Shown here: positions 1 through 13,868 of the stretch, piece after piece | Position numbering within the stretch: the stretch's first letter is position 1 | Layout: every line of letters starts with the position of its first letter | Source: Smutsia gigantea | Taxonomy: Eukaryota | DNA length: 64,000 nt | NCBI GenBank assembly: GCA_032199065.1 | Contig: JAVSCE010011590.1 | Location: 300,551 to 364,550, forward strand | Direction of reading: 5' to 3' | The notes under the pieces: model-generated | Told to the model about the DNA's origin: nothing | The model's input: only the letters and a program-made list of their open reading frames with translations | The model's database searches: none | Translations under genes and position numbers: made by a program

Positions 1-119
1 TGTAGTAACCACATTGTTTTTTCATGTGAAACCTTCATAAGAGTGTATATCAATAATACCTTAATAAAATAAAATAAAAAATAATACCTTAATAAAAAAA
101 ATCACACGGAAAAAAAAAG
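1..119 (+). mobile_element. Extreme 3' end (3' UTR tail plus A-rich tract) of an L1 copy whose body lies upstream of the window
   Basis: Near-identical to the terminal 3' UTR of the L1 copies ending at 11404-11486 and 40324-40413 (tgtagtaaccacatt...gtgaaaccttc(a/g)taaga(g/c)tgtatatcaataataccttaataaaa), followed by an A-rich tail. Confidence 0.7.
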
Positions 120-120
120 A

Positions 121-640
121 TGTGGTACATATACACAATGGAATATTATTCAGCCATAAGAAGAAAACAAATCCTACCATTTGCAACAACATGGATGGAG
201 CTAGAGGGTATTATGCTCAGTGAAATAAGCCAGGCAGAGAAAGACAAGTATCAATTGATTTCATTCATCTGTGGAGTATAAGAACAAAGAAAAAACTGAA
301 GGAACAAAACAGCAGCTGACTTACAGAACCCAAGAATGGACTAACAGTTACCAAAGGGAAAGGGACTGGGGTGGATGGGTGGGAAGGGAGGGATAAGCGG
401 AAAAGGGGCATTATGATTAGCACACATAATGTAAGGGCGGGGCACGGGGAAGGCTGATTAGCAAAAAGAAGAGACGTAGTGATTCTATAGCATCTTACTA
501 TACTGATGGACAGTGACTGTAATGGGGTATGTGGGGGGGACTTGATAATGGGGGGAATCTAGTAACCACAATGTTGTTCATGTAAGTGTACATTAATGAT
601 ACCAGAAAACAAAAACAAAAAACAATGAATAGTGGTTTGG
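121..640 (+). mobile_element. 5'-truncated L1 fragment: C-terminal end of ORF2 plus 3' UTR
   Basis: Translation from 121 gives MWYIYTMEYYSAIRRKQILPFATTWMELEGIMLSEISQAEKDKYQLISFICGV*, which is collinear with the ORF2 C-terminus of the L1 at 10978-11138. The L1-type 3' UTR follows. Confidence 0.8.
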
Positions 641-1136
641 GGATGACATGACAGCAAGGATTAGTACATTCAGAGGACCACCATGTTTCACACTTCAATC
701 CGCTAGCACATCCCATACCAATGCTTTGCCTTTCACTGGCACTTAGCTACAGAATGAGCAGCATTCATGCAGGATTCAGTAACTACAGATACCTGCCCTG
801 GCACCCCTACCCTCTGTTCTCCCCTCTCTTAGTCTGCTTAATTTTTCTCCCTAGCACTTATCACCATCTGGTCCTTTTATTGTATTCTCTTTCCCTCTGT
901 TTCAGTCTTTTTTTTTGTATCTGTCTCATTGGAACATGAGCTCCAATACACAGGTATTTTAGTCTCGCTCCATCCTATATTGCTACTGCCTAGAACGGTT
1001 CCTGGCACACAGACGTTCAATAAATTTTGCTAAATGAATTTATTCAGCACGTAATATGGGTCAGCACTATGCTAGAAGCCGAGAATACATGGCGAGCAAC
1101 ACAGATATGCTTCAGTGAAAAGCACAGAGGTGCTCA

Positions 1137-1331
<195 letters not shown>

Positions 1332-1399
1332 TTATACACAGGGAGATCCCCGCAGCTCTACCAGTCAGCCTCCTTCCCTTCCACCTTATGTCCCCTTAC

Positions 1400-1678
<279 letters not shown>

Positions 1679-3236
1679 CTAAGAGTGATGAGGATGTCCA
1701 TGAAACCTCAAGTCTGTAAAGAGGAGTATTTGGCTTTGGGGAAGAACACAGCAAAAAATCAACATGGCCACTAGAGCTTCCAATAAGAAATGGGAAAAAA
1801 GTACTTTCCTAAGCCCTGAATGGATACTCTTTCATAGCTTTCATCTGAGAAGCCTATATATATCCTGAAGATTCCCAGAGCAGATTGCTAATCTACAGAA
1901 GGAAGGCAGTCTACAACAGGACAGAAGCAAACCATCATTTCAAAAACATTTTTCTGATTGGAGGTTCCTGGTATAGCTTTTAAAAGCAGTCCTGAGAGTG
2001 ACACTAGGAGCAAGCTTTGCTGCACGGAGGCAAGGAACCGTCTTTCTAATCCTACCAGGGTAGTGGTATTTGGAAACAAGAGAAGAGGTAGGGGTGAAAA
2101 ATCTCAAAAATCCCATATTAGGTCAGATGAATGGCCCACCCAACTCAGCATTAGCAACCAACTTTTGTCCATTTTTCCTCTGTGACCAATTTCTAGCAGA
2201 GGGAATATCACCCAGTAACACATATGCTCTGAAGTACTGACAGTGAGTGCTTCCTGTAAGAAATCCCTTGCCCCTTCTGGTGCTGCTAAGGATGTCCTTC
2301 TGCTTTGATGCAGATCGTAATCTTACTCCGCTGTCAAATGGCTGGCCACAAGGCAAAGAAAAAATCCTGCCTTTTCACTTCTGTTATTCACTCCTCTCTA
2401 CCCCATCACCTCCCCATTTTTCACATCTAAGCAGGCTTCAAAAGAGAAGAGGAAAAGAAGAGAAAACTGCCACTGTTCCTCTTCATTAAGTCTTGCAAGC
2501 CGCCTACTTTCCACACCCCAAGTCCCTAACCTTGTGTGTCATCCTTCAGGCCTCAACCAGTAGTTGCTCTCTACTTGTTAAAGTCCCCACGTCTTTTTCA
2601 TGGAAATATATGCTTCAAAATAACTATTTCACAAAATGAAGTTTTAGAACATAACCCTTTCATAAGCTGGATAATGACCCCCATCATGTGTTCTGTGGGA
2701 GAAGGCGGCCGGAGTTCTTCAATCCCGACCAAACAACTTCGGCCTACCAACTTAAAATACCTTCTATCATTTATGTAGGGTTTTTAAAGTCATTTATATT
2801 TTCACACTCTTAGAGTAACAACTACTATACATTTACCACCAATAATGTAAAATGAAACACATAGTTATCATAAAGAAACAAATCAGGTAGTGCCCCTTAG
2901 TTTTAATTGCTAAGATTTACAGAAAAAGTAAGCTTCAAAATAATAAAAGTGAAAATCCTTTTGTTATTTTGAAGGCTTTAATCCTGATCATTGTTCACTT
3001 TTCCGAACTGGAAAGTCTTCACTTTCATAAGCCCAGGCATGAAAGTCATCTCCTGTTCTGATCACCCTGCTCACATCGGCAATGTTATCAATTTTGTTGT
3101 GGGTTTTCTCATTTATAAAATTTTAGATTCAGATGAGCCAGCTTTGTTCCTGGAATTCCTACCACTCAGGAAGAACATGACAATTGCTGTTACATTGCCT
3201 CAGAAATCAAGGAGGAATGATGGATACTCTAAATAC

Positions 3237-3412
3237 CTGTGTATTTCCTCCACTGACATACAGCACAGTTGGGTTGCTGGCTCCAGTGATGAGGCGGCCC
3301 ATCTCAATGTGGCCTATACAGTGGTTCACACCCAGCAATGGCTTATTCCACAGCTGGGCCAGAGTACGGGCCACAATAGCCACAGAAACCAGTGGGGCAC
3401 CCATGCCAGGGC
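3237..3412 (-). CDS. OSGEP: OSGEP coding exon ([58 protein letters not shown])
   Basis: Contains the Kae1/OSGEP metal-binding motif region [12 protein letters not shown] and matches human. Acceptor ctag and donor gtattt are present. Confidence 0.9.
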
Positions 3413-3582
3413 CTAGGGAGATAGAAATGGTGGAGTTAGAACCTATAAAGATTTGGAAAAACAGAGCTGGGGGAAGTAGGGGATGTGAGATGGTGGGGGC
3501 AGTAGTGGTACCAGAGGCAAGTTTGGTACCTGGCCATTTGCCAGGTATATTCTTCCATTGCTGACCGCTCTCCCAGCTATAC

Positions 3583-3702
3583 CTTTGGTGTAGGCAATGC
3601 AGTCAATATCCTGGTGGGTCAATCCAGCCTCGGTTAGGGCCTCCTGCAGCAGGTCCAGGATAACGGCTCGGTGGTGCCTGGCAGTATCACCTGGAAGGAA
3701 TC
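3583..3702 (-). CDS. OSGEP: OSGEP coding exon 2 ([41 protein letters not shown])
   Basis: Matches human [40 protein letters not shown]. Acceptor ctcatag and donor gtatag are present. The exon is 120 nt. Confidence 0.9.
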
Positions 3703-3924
3703 CTATGAGATGGACACAGGTCAGAGTTCATCAAATTTTTCTATAGCTAAAGTGGGCAAAAGTCAAAAACAAGTGTTTTAGTTCTTGTGAAACTGAGTAA
3801 GGGACCACATTTAAAATGGATTTGGGAGACTAGAGGAGGACTCTCATGACCTACCACTTGTTCTCATTTGTAGACCCCAATAGAGAGAGATCTACCTTGC
3901 ATTACCAACAGGAAGAAGCCTACG

Positions 3925-4240
3925 TAGTTGACCCTTGAACAACAGGAGGGTTAAGGGCCCCAAACCCATATAGTTGAAAATCTATGTATAACTTTTGACT
4001 CTCTAAAAACATAACTACTAAAAGCCTACTGTTGACCAGAAGCCTTAAAATAACATAAAGTTAATTAACACACATTTTGTATGTTATATTTATTATGTAT
4101 CTTACAATAAAGTAAGCTAAAGAAAATGTTTTTCTAATTGCCTCAAATCTCCAAAAAATTTCCAATATAGTTACTGAAAAAAATTCACATGAAAGTGAAC
4201 CTGAGCAGTTCAGACCTGTGTTGCTCAAGGGTCAACTGTA
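3925..4240 (+). mobile_element. Non-autonomous Tigger2-like (TcMar) DNA-transposon MITE with terminal inverted repeats
   Basis: The 5' end tagttgacccttgaacaacagg and the 3' end cctgtgttgctcaagggtcaactg are reverse complements of each other. They match the Tigger2-type terminus CAGTTGACCCTTGAACAAC, and the element is flanked by TA. Confidence 0.55.
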
Positions 4241-5589
4241 CTTTACTAACCCAACAGGAGGAAGAAAGATTTTCTTCTTGCCCAGCAACAGCCCAGCCAG
4301 TGAGAGCCTACTATAATTCTGCTAATGAAAAGCCACTGCACTCCCAATTTACTCCAAGGGCCTTTTGTTTATAACAACCCATCCCAATTTTCCCTTTCCC
4401 TTTGAGTGGGCTCCCTGTTTGTTTTCAGGTTCTGAACCACTCAGGAACTTGCCTGTGGTTTTGCTGTAGCTTGTATGTCCTGAATTGCAATTCTCTGCTA
4501 TTCCTGAATAAATTTGTTTTGCTGGCAAAATGACTGGCTATTTTATTTTTAACGTTAACATAACATAGGAAGAGTCCCTTTTACTCTCCTTAAGCATCCT
4601 GTCTTCCAGATTTTCAGGTTTTCTCTTGCCAGCCTGTTAAGTTTGGCTAGGCTGAACGGCGCTCAGAAATTCCGTTCTTTATACCCAACTCCTCCTACTC
4701 AGCCTTCAGGACTCAATTCAAGTCATACTTACCTCATACCTTCTGGTGATCTTCTCTGTGACCCTACAAACCCTTTGCATGGTTACATCGTTATTTTTCA
4801 TAGTGTATTTAACATATAACAACTATAGCATTGTAATTATCTGTAGTTTCCCCCGTTTAATCATGAATACCTCAGAGCATTGGCTATTTATCTTTGTATT
4901 CCTGGTGCCAAAATACCTAGAAGAGTGAGCACTAAACATAAATATATATTTTTAATGAGCAACCCGTCCCAACATAACTGGTTCAAGGAGGCTTTTCAGG
5001 AATATGCAAGTCAGTTGCCCTCTCCTATGCATTCAGGTGTTTTAGAGGAGGAGAGGCAGGATATAAAAACTTACAAATAACACTTACTGAAAGTTGTAAT
5101 GTGTCATACTTTTATATAACTACCAAGACCCAGTGATATAGGTATTATTCTCATTTTAAGAGTAAGAACCAGGACTGGATTAAAGATGGCATGAGAGGTG
5201 AGACAGAGGCTTCCTCCTAAAACTGCATATAATATGAAAATATTACTAATACAACTACTCTTGAAAGAGCAACAGGAAAGAGGACTGCAACAAACTGCAT
5301 ACACCTGGAGACAAGAGCAGCCCTCACGAAAAAGGGTGATTTACTAAGCTGTGGTCCTGCAGGATCCAAGCGCTTCCCCCACCCCAGCTTCCCCCACCCC
5401 ATCTCACCGGCAGGAGGAAGAGGAACGGAGCAGGGAGGGAGTGGAGATGTGGGACTGCTGAATACCTAACTCTGGAGATCTGCTCTGGGAGCACAAACCT
5501 ACATTTCATGGTGTTTGCATGATACTCTCGTAATTAGGGGGTTGGAAAGCTAAGACAGGCAGAATTCCTGGAGAGACTAAGATTCCAGC

Positions 5590-8500
5590 TGCTTGTGGAA
5601 AGCAGGGATCCATATCGGGCTGCTCTGGGGCAAAAGAAAGGCGGGCACTCTGAGAGACTTCCTAACAAAGAAGCCCTTAGCAAGAGGGCTGCTAAAGGGG
5701 CAAGGATTGCACAGAGCTTACTGCTCAGGAGAGAGGACAGGTAGACAAAATTGTATGGGTGCACTCTGCCCAGCAGATTGGGAGCTTTCACGATCTTCAG
5801 GTGCTCCAGCTCCCTGGCTGCCTACACAGCTCCAAGAACCCCTTCTGTGACAGGCAGACTACTGTGCCTTTCTCCTGGCAAGCCCCACTGGGCTTGCAAA
5901 CCGGGAAACCCTACCCAGGTGTTAGGCCAGCCAGAGGGAAGATCTGCCTAAAGCAACTAAAAACACAAAGCACAGAGGCTTATACCTGTGTGCTTGGCCC
6001 ACTGGTTCAGGCAGTGGAGACAGGCATAGCAGCTGGGAAGCAGGAAACAGCTCTTTCCTCCCCCCAGGCACCAATACCACTCCCCTGAGACCCCTGACAT
6101 TGCTTCAGGGGCTGAGCAGCTCCAGAGAGTAGACCTTCTGGGCACAAGAGGGTGCCATACACAAATATGAAACGCCAAAGGAACCTGGTCCAGAGTAAAA
6201 TTATTAATATAACTCCTAAGAAAGATTTAAACGATATGGACCTCATGACTCTCCCTGAAAGGGAGTTCAAAATAAAAATCATTAACGTGCTCATGAAGGT
6301 ACAGAAAGATATTCAAGAACTCAGGAATGAATTATGGTCAGAAATCCAATCATTGAAGAGCACAATGGACGGTATTAAAAGCAGTTGGACACGGTGGAGG
6401 AGACGATAAATGAAACAGAAACTAGAGAAGAGGAATACAAAGAAGCTGAGGCACAGAGAGAAAAATGGATCTCTAAGAATGAAAGAATATTGAGAGAACT
6501 GTGTGACCAATCCAAATGGAACAATATTCGCATTATAGGGGTACCAGAAGAAGAAGAGGGAGAAAAAGGGATAGAAAGTGTCTTTGAGGAGGTGATTGCT
6601 GAAAACTTCCCCAGTCTAGGGAAGGAGATAGTCTCTCAAGCCATGGAGGTGCACAGATCTCCCAACACAAGGGACCCAAGGAAGAAAACACCAAGATATA
6701 TAGTAATTAAAATGGCAAAGATCAAGGATAAGGACAGACTATTAAAAGCCAGAGAGAGAAATAAGATCACATACAAAGGAAAGCACATCAGGCTATCATC
6801 AGACTTCTCAGCAGAAACCTTACAGGCCAGAAGGGAGTGTGGCATGATGTATTTAATGCAATGAGGCAGAAGGGCCTTGGACCAAGATTACTTTATCTGG
6901 CAAGATTATCCTTTAAATTTGAAGGAGGGATTAAACAATTCCCAGATAAGCAAAAACTGAGAGAAGTTACCTCCCACAAACCATGTCTACAGTGTATTTT
7001 GGAGGGACTGCTACAGATGGAAGTGTTCCTACAGTTTAATAGCTGTCATCAGAGGCAATAAAACCACAGTAAAAAAAGTAGAACAGCTAATTATTAAGAC
7101 AATGCAAAATTAAATTAACTATCCCCAAAGTCAACCAAGGGATACACAAACAGTACAGAATATAATACCTAATATATAAAAAATGGAGGAGGAAGAAAAA
7201 GGAGGAGGAAAAAAACAAAACAGAACAAAAAAAGAACCTCTAGATTGTATTCGTAATAGCATATTAAGTGAGTTAAGTTAGACTCTTAGATAGTAAGGAA
7301 GTTAACCTTGAACCTTTGGTAACCACAAATCTGAAGCCTCAAACGCCAATAAGTACTTACCTATCCATAATATCCCTAAATGTAAATGGACTGAATGCAC
7401 CAATCAAAAGACACAGAGACACTGAATGGATAAAAGAAACAAGACCCATCTATATGCTGCCTTCAAGCGACTCAATTTAAACCCACAGACATACACAGAC
7501 TAAAAGTGAAGGGATGGAAAAAGACATTTCATGCAACTAATGAAGAAAAAAGCAGGAGTTGCCATACTTATATCAGTTAAAATAGACTTCAAAACAAAGA
7601 AAGTCACAAGAGACAAAGAAGGACATTACATAATGATAAAAGGGTCAATCCAACAAGAAGATACAACCATTATAAATATCTATGTGCTCAACACAGGAGC
7701 TCCTACATATGTGAAACAAATAATAACAGAATTAAAGGGGGAAGTAGAAATGCAATGCATTCATTCTAGGAGACTTCAACACACCAATCGCTCTGAAGGG
7801 CAGATCAACCAGACAGAAAATAAGTAAGGAGACAGAGGCACTGAACAACACATTGGAACAGATGGACCTAACAGACATCTACAGAACTCTACACCCAAAA
7901 GCAGCAGAATACACATTCTTCTCAAGTGCACATGGAACATTTTCAAGAATAGGTCATACACTAGGCACAAAAAGAGTCTCGGTAAATTCAAAAAGATTGA
8001 AATTGTACCAACCATTTTCTCAGATCACAAAGGTATGAAACTAGAAATGAATTATGCAAAGAAAATGAAAAAGCCCACAAACACATGGAGGCTTAATAAC
8101 ATGCTCCTAAATAAACAATGGATCAATGAGCAAATAAAAACAGAGATCAAGCAATATATGGAGACAAATGACAACAATAATTCAACACCACAAAATCTGT
8201 GCAACGCAGTGAAGGCCGTGCTAAGAGGAAAGTATATTGCAATACAGGCCTACCTCAGGAAAGAAGAAAAATCCCGTATGAGCAGTCTCAACTCACAATT
8301 AATGAAACTAGAAAAAGAAGAACAAATGAGACCCAAAGTCAGTAGAAGGAGGGACATAATAAAGATTAGAGCAGAAATAAATAAAATCGAGAAGAATAAA
8401 GCAATAGAAAGGATCAATGAAAGCAAGAGCTGGTTCTTCGAAGAAATTAACAAAATAGATAAACCCCTAGCCAGACTTATCAAGAAAAAAAGAGAGTCTA

Positions 8501-11486
8501 CTCACAAAGACAGAACCAGAAATGAGAAAGGAAAAATCACTACGGACAGCACAGAAATACAAAGAACTATTAGAGAATACTATGATAAATTATATGCTAA
8601 CTGGATAACCTAGAAGAAATGGAAAACTTTCAAGAAAAATACAACCTTCCAAGGCTGACCCATAAAGAAACAGAAAATCTCAACAGACCAATTACCAGCA
8701 ACGAAATTGAACTGGTAATCAAAAACCTACCTAACAACAAAATGCCTGGACCAGATGGCTTCACCGCTGAATTTTATCAAAACATTTACTGAAGACCTAA
8801 TACTCATCCTCCTTAAAGTTTTCCAAGGAGTTAGAAGAAGAGAGAATACTTTCAAACTCATTCTATGAGGCCAACATCACTCTAATACCAAAACCGGGCA
8901 AAGACACCACAAAAAAAGAAAACTAGAGACCAATATCCCTGATTAACATACACGCAAAAATACTCAACAAAATATTAGCAAACCGAATTCAAAAATACAT
9001 CAAAAGGATCATCCATCATGATCAAGTAGGATGTATTCCAGGGATGCAAGGATGGTACAACATTCGAAAATCCATCAACATCATCCACCACATCAACAAA
9101 AAGAAAGACAAAAACCACATGATCCTCTCCATAGATGCAGAAAAAGCATTTGACAGAATTCAACATCAATTCATGATAAAAACTCTCAACAAAATGGGTA
9201 TACAGGGCAAATACCTCAACATAATGAAGTCCATATACGACAAACCCACAGGTAACATTATACTAAACAGCGAGAAGCTGAAAGCTTTTCCTTTAAGATC
9301 AGGAATAAGACAAGGATGCCCACTCTCCCCACTTCTATTCAACATAGTATTGGAGGTCCTAGCCATGGCAATCAGACAACACAAAGAAATAAAAGGCATC
9401 CAGATTGGCAGGGAAGAAGTTAAACTGTCCCTGTTTGCAGATGACATGATATTGCATATAAAAACCCCTAAAGAATCTACTCCAAAACTACTAGATCTAA
9501 TATCTGAATTCAGCAAAGTTGTGGGATACAAAATTAATATGGAGAAATCTGTGGCATTCCTATACACTAACAATGACGTAGCAGAGAGAGAAATCAGGAA
9601 AACAATTCCATTCAAAGTTGCATCAAAAAGAATAAAATACCTAGAAATAAACCTAACCAGGAAGTGAAAGACCTATACTCTGAAAACTACAAGACACTCA
9701 TGAGAGAAATTAAAGAAGAAACCAATAAAGGGAAACACATCCGGTGCTCATAGATAGGAAGAATTAATATTGTGAAAATGGCCATCCTGCCTAAAGCAAT
9801 CTACAGATTCAGTGTAATTCCTATCAAAATACCAAGAGCATTTTTCAACGAACTAGAGAAAATCATTCTTAAATTCATGTGGAACCACAAAAGACCCTGA
9901 ATAGCCAAAGCAATCCTCAGAAGGAAGAATAAAGCTGGGGGGATTATGCTCCCCAACTTCAACTTCTACTACAAAGCCACAGTACTCAAGACAATTTGGT
10001 ACTGGCACAAGAACAGACCCATAGACCAATGTAACAGACTAGAGAGCCCTGATATAAACCCAACCACATATGGCCAATCAATATATGATAAAGGAGCCAT
10101 GGACATACAATGGGGAAATGACAGCCTCTTCAACAGCTGGTGTTGGCAAAACTGGACAGCTACATGTAAGAGAATGAAACCGGATTATTGTTTAACCCCA
10201 TACACAAAAGTAAACTCAAAATGGATCAAGGACCTGAATGTAAGTCATGAAACCATAAAACTCTTAGAAGAAAACATAGGCAAAAATCTCCTGAATATAA
10301 GCATGAGCGACTTCTTCCTGAACGCATCTCCTTGAGCTAGGGATGGGACTACATCAAATTAAAAAGTTTCTGTACGGCAAAGGACACCATCAACAGAACA
10401 AAAAGGCTTCCTACAGTATGGGAGAATATATTTATAAATGACATATCCGACAAGGGGTTAACATCCAAAATATATAAAGAACTTACATGCCTCTACACCC
10501 AAAAAGCAAATAACCCAATTAAAAAATGGGCAGAGGATATGAAGAGAAGTTCTCCAAAGAAGAAATTCAGATGGCTAACAGACATGAAAAGATGCTCTCC
10601 ATCACTAATCATCAGGGAAATGCAAAATAAAACCACAATGAGATATCACCTCACACTAGTAAGGATGGCCACCATCCAAAAGACTAAGAACAACAAATGA
10701 TGGTGAGGATGCAGAGAAAGGGGAACCCTCCTACACTGCTGGTGGAAATGTAAGGTAGTTGAACCGTTGTGGAAAGAATTACGGAGATTCCTCAAAAAAC
10801 TAAAAATACAAATACCATTTGACCTGGGAATCCCACTTCTTGGAATTTACCCAAAGAATACAGCTTCTCAGACTCAAAAAGATATATGCAACCCTATGTT
10901 TATTGCAGCACATTTTACAATAGCCAAGATATGGAAGCAACCTAAGTGTCCATCAGTAGATGAATGGATAAAAAAGATGTGGTACATATACACAATGGAA
11001 TACTATTCAACCATAAGAAGGAAACAAATCTTGCCGTTTGCAACAACATGGATGGAGCTGGAGGATATTATGCTCAGTGAAATAAGCCAGGTGGAGAAAG
11101 ACATGTGCCAAATGATTTCCCTCATTTGTGGAGTATAACAACGCAGCAAAACAGAAGGAACAAAATAGCAGCAGACTCAGAGACTCCAAGAAGGAACTAG
11201 TGGTTACCAAAAGGGAGGGGTGTGGGAGTGCGGGTGGGGAGGGTGGGAGAAGGGGATTGAGAGGTATTTTGTTTAGTACACATGGTGTGGGGGATCACAG
11301 GGAAAACAGTGTAGCACAGAGAAGGCAGACAGTGAATCTGTGTCATCTTACTACACTGATGGACAGTGACTAAATTGGGTTATAAGTGGGGACTTGATAA
11401 TATGGGTAAATGTAGTAACCACATTATTTCATGTGAAACCTTCGTAAGACTGTATATCAATAATACCTTAATAAAATAAAAAAAAT
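5590..11486 (+). mobile_element. Near-full-length LINE-1 (L1#1, ~5.9 kb) with 5' UTR, ORF1 and ORF2 (EN and RT domains), 3' UTR and an A-rich tail; both ORFs are broken by frameshifts and stops
   Basis: ORF1-like fragments at 6152-7061 contain the RNA-binding region …RIIGVPE…PRYIVIKMAKIKDKDRLLKA. ORF2 fragments lie at 7531-7827 (endonuclease domain), 8035-8613, 9044-9667 (RT with the FADDM motif), 9946-10335 and 10767-11138 (C-terminus). The element ends in taataaaataaaaaaaa. It sits antisense in OSGEP intron 1. Confidence 0.9.
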
Positions 11487-13753
11487 CTCAAGTACAGAGT
11501 AAGTTACTTGTTAAAAAATAACACTAGAGGCAATAAAAAGTGGACTCTTGCACCGGATTCAGGAGAAAATTAAAGCTCCACTCCCAGGAATTGAACATAT
11601 CATATTCCTAAAAAAACGAACAATTCTCATTTTATTCCAACTTCTCCGTTAAGAAGTATGATCTATGAGCCAAAAACCCTAAAATACAAGGCAAGAGAGA
11701 GAAACAGCCCCATACTGCTTGGACCTCACGTCTTCAGGACCCAGACAAACACCCCAGGGCATCAAAACTTTCACAGAAAGAAAGGGCTTGAAGCCCCTCA
11801 GAGTCTTCGAATATAAAACCCAGAAGATGGGAAATGCGCAGCTTCTTCATGCTTCTGACAAACGGTCCTCATGGGGAGGCCTTCCAGGTCACCCGACAAG
11901 AAGGAAAGCGTCATGCCTGCTGAATCAGGACAGGCACGGCTGCCGGTGTGTGCCCCACACCCCGCACCCCGCAGACCGGCAGCTGAGGGCAGCCCAGGGC
12001 CCAGGGCTCTCTGCCTGCTCTGCCCAGCCACTCCTACCACTGGAAGCACTAAGGAGATAAAATGACAGAACAGACTGCTGTGACCTTCACAGGACAGGGT
12101 GCTGAGCCAAAGCCAGCAAGGTGAAGGTGAAGCAGTGCCCACAAGGGCAGCCACAGGTGTCCTGACCAGCTTGGCAGACACACAGGGTGATGTGCCCAGC
12201 AGGATGAATAGCAGCACCTTCAGGCTGCATGAGGGAAGGGAAGGACCTGTCCAAAGGCAGATGCCCTTGCCCAAGACCTCACAGGGTCAACGCCTGGGAC
12301 TCTGGGCCCACGAGGTGCAGAGCTGAGCCACCACAGCCTTGGAGAGCCTTGGAGGGTCAGTGCTGGGGGAGGACTGGCCTGCACATAAGGGCGCACCAGG
12401 ATGAAGGGATCAGACACCAGGCACCAGGGCCACCTCGGCGGGAAGGGAAGGACTGAGCCCACTGTTGGCGTCTCACACTGCGCTCACTGCCTAGCCCTCC
12501 TACAGCCTGTGCTCGGCTCCTCCATCCTCAGGCCCCCTTTTCTGCAAGCCCTGCAGTCCTCAAAAGTGGGGCTGTGTATCTGATCCCACGGTCCTTCACT
12601 GCGGGTCCTAGGCCTGGCACTGGCTGCCTGAAGGCTCCTGCATTCTGACACTGGAGAGGAGGGAAACAGACTCATCACTTTTTAAAGACTTTCAATTCTG
12701 GAAGAAGATGATGACCTTCAAGACAGTCTGTCTCCAGGTGTGGAAGAGACCTGAGGAAGGCTGTCTTGTGCCTTGGAACCAAGGGGGCAGACCTGGGGAG
12801 GCTGCCTTCCCCAGGGAGCAGGAATACTACCTTCCCGGTGTCCCCTCTCCCTGGGGCCCCTCTTCCCTGTTATCAGGGCCGAGCACAGCAGAGAGTGTCT
12901 TAACACGCAGTGCTTCACTGGGGGAATACTTTCTTACAAGACAATCTGCAACGATAATCTTCAAGTTCAAATGGTGAGCTAACAACAACCCAGGAAAAAT
13001 AAGCATAGTAGAGCAAACTTGGATTTTAAATTAAAAAATGAAAAGCACAGGTCCAGGAAAGCCTGATGCCCAAGTTTAAAGGGGAAAAAGACACACAAAG
13101 CGGTCAACCATAGCTGTGCAGGAAAGCGGGGGCACTGGGCGAGCCCATTGAGCACAAGGCCTCCTGCCTTCCAGTCGGTGTCCTCCTACTGACAGTCTGG
13201 AACTTGCGCCTTTGCCTGACAGCCCCTGCTGAAGAAGCCTTAGCTTTACATAAAAAGAATGTACGCCATCCCATCCTAAGGCACTTGGGGTGGGGGGTAG
13301 GGGGCGGAAGAGTAAGAAACAGAAGTCCCAAAACAAACACCGAATATGAATATTGCAAAGCCGGCCAGTTCTGACACCTGAGCTGGGTCTCTTTACACTC
13401 CTCATTCTAGGATAATCTGATTGCACCTATGTTATACTGTTTATCTTGAAGTTCTGTTTATACGTCCGACGTCGGCAGGCTCGTAACAGCATCTACTTTT
13501 GTATGTAGCAGCCAACTGACTAGCATATAAAAGGCGCTCAATAAAGGCTGAAAGAACCCATAAGATCCAGATAAGTACCTGTGACTTTTCTATCCATCAG
13601 TCTTGTGACATTAATACTGTCACATAATCTGAAGCTCGGATCCAAAACACTGTGAGGGGACATTATATGCTCCACGCCTTACTGCACTAGTGTTTAGGAA
13701 AATGAAGGTGACGCTGTGCGAAGCGCGCCGCAAACTATATTCTGGTCACGCAC

Positions 13754-13868
13754 CTGTGCCGGGAGGTGTAATGTAAGTCCGCCGGGGGTTCGCCAGTACC
13801 TGGCCATCCCGCACAACTCCTACACCGACCTTGTTGGCGCTGCCTTCAAAACCCAGCACCGTCGGCAT
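13754..13868 (-). CDS. OSGEP: OSGEP exon 1, coding part ([38 protein letters not shown])
   Basis: The ATG is the reverse complement of cat at 13866-13868. The translation matches the human OSGEP N-terminus [38 protein letters not shown]. Donor gtgcgt is present. The exon is followed by a ~10 kb intron 1 that contains a 5.9 kb L1. Confidence 0.9.

Noticed and set aside
6152-11138. Many 60-200-aa ORFs (for example 8035-8613, 9044-9667, 50976-51806, 51901-52506, 53246-53770)
   Set aside because: These are fragments of L1 ORF1 and ORF2 (endonuclease, RT with FADD motif, C-terminal domain) belonging to degraded L1 copies, not host genes.
11798-12274. A 158-aa minus-strand ORF and neighbouring ORFs between 11.7 and 13.4 kb
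   Set aside because: I could recognise no protein similarity and no splice-compatible structure. The region is GC-rich intronic sequence. It is kept only as a possible regulatory or non-coding finding.
13440-13560. TATA-like (catataaaaggcgc) and AATAAA-like (caataaaggctg) motifs that could be an LTR U3/R remnant or a promoter
   Set aside because: It is too short and isolated to assign. No matching second LTR or downstream exon was found.
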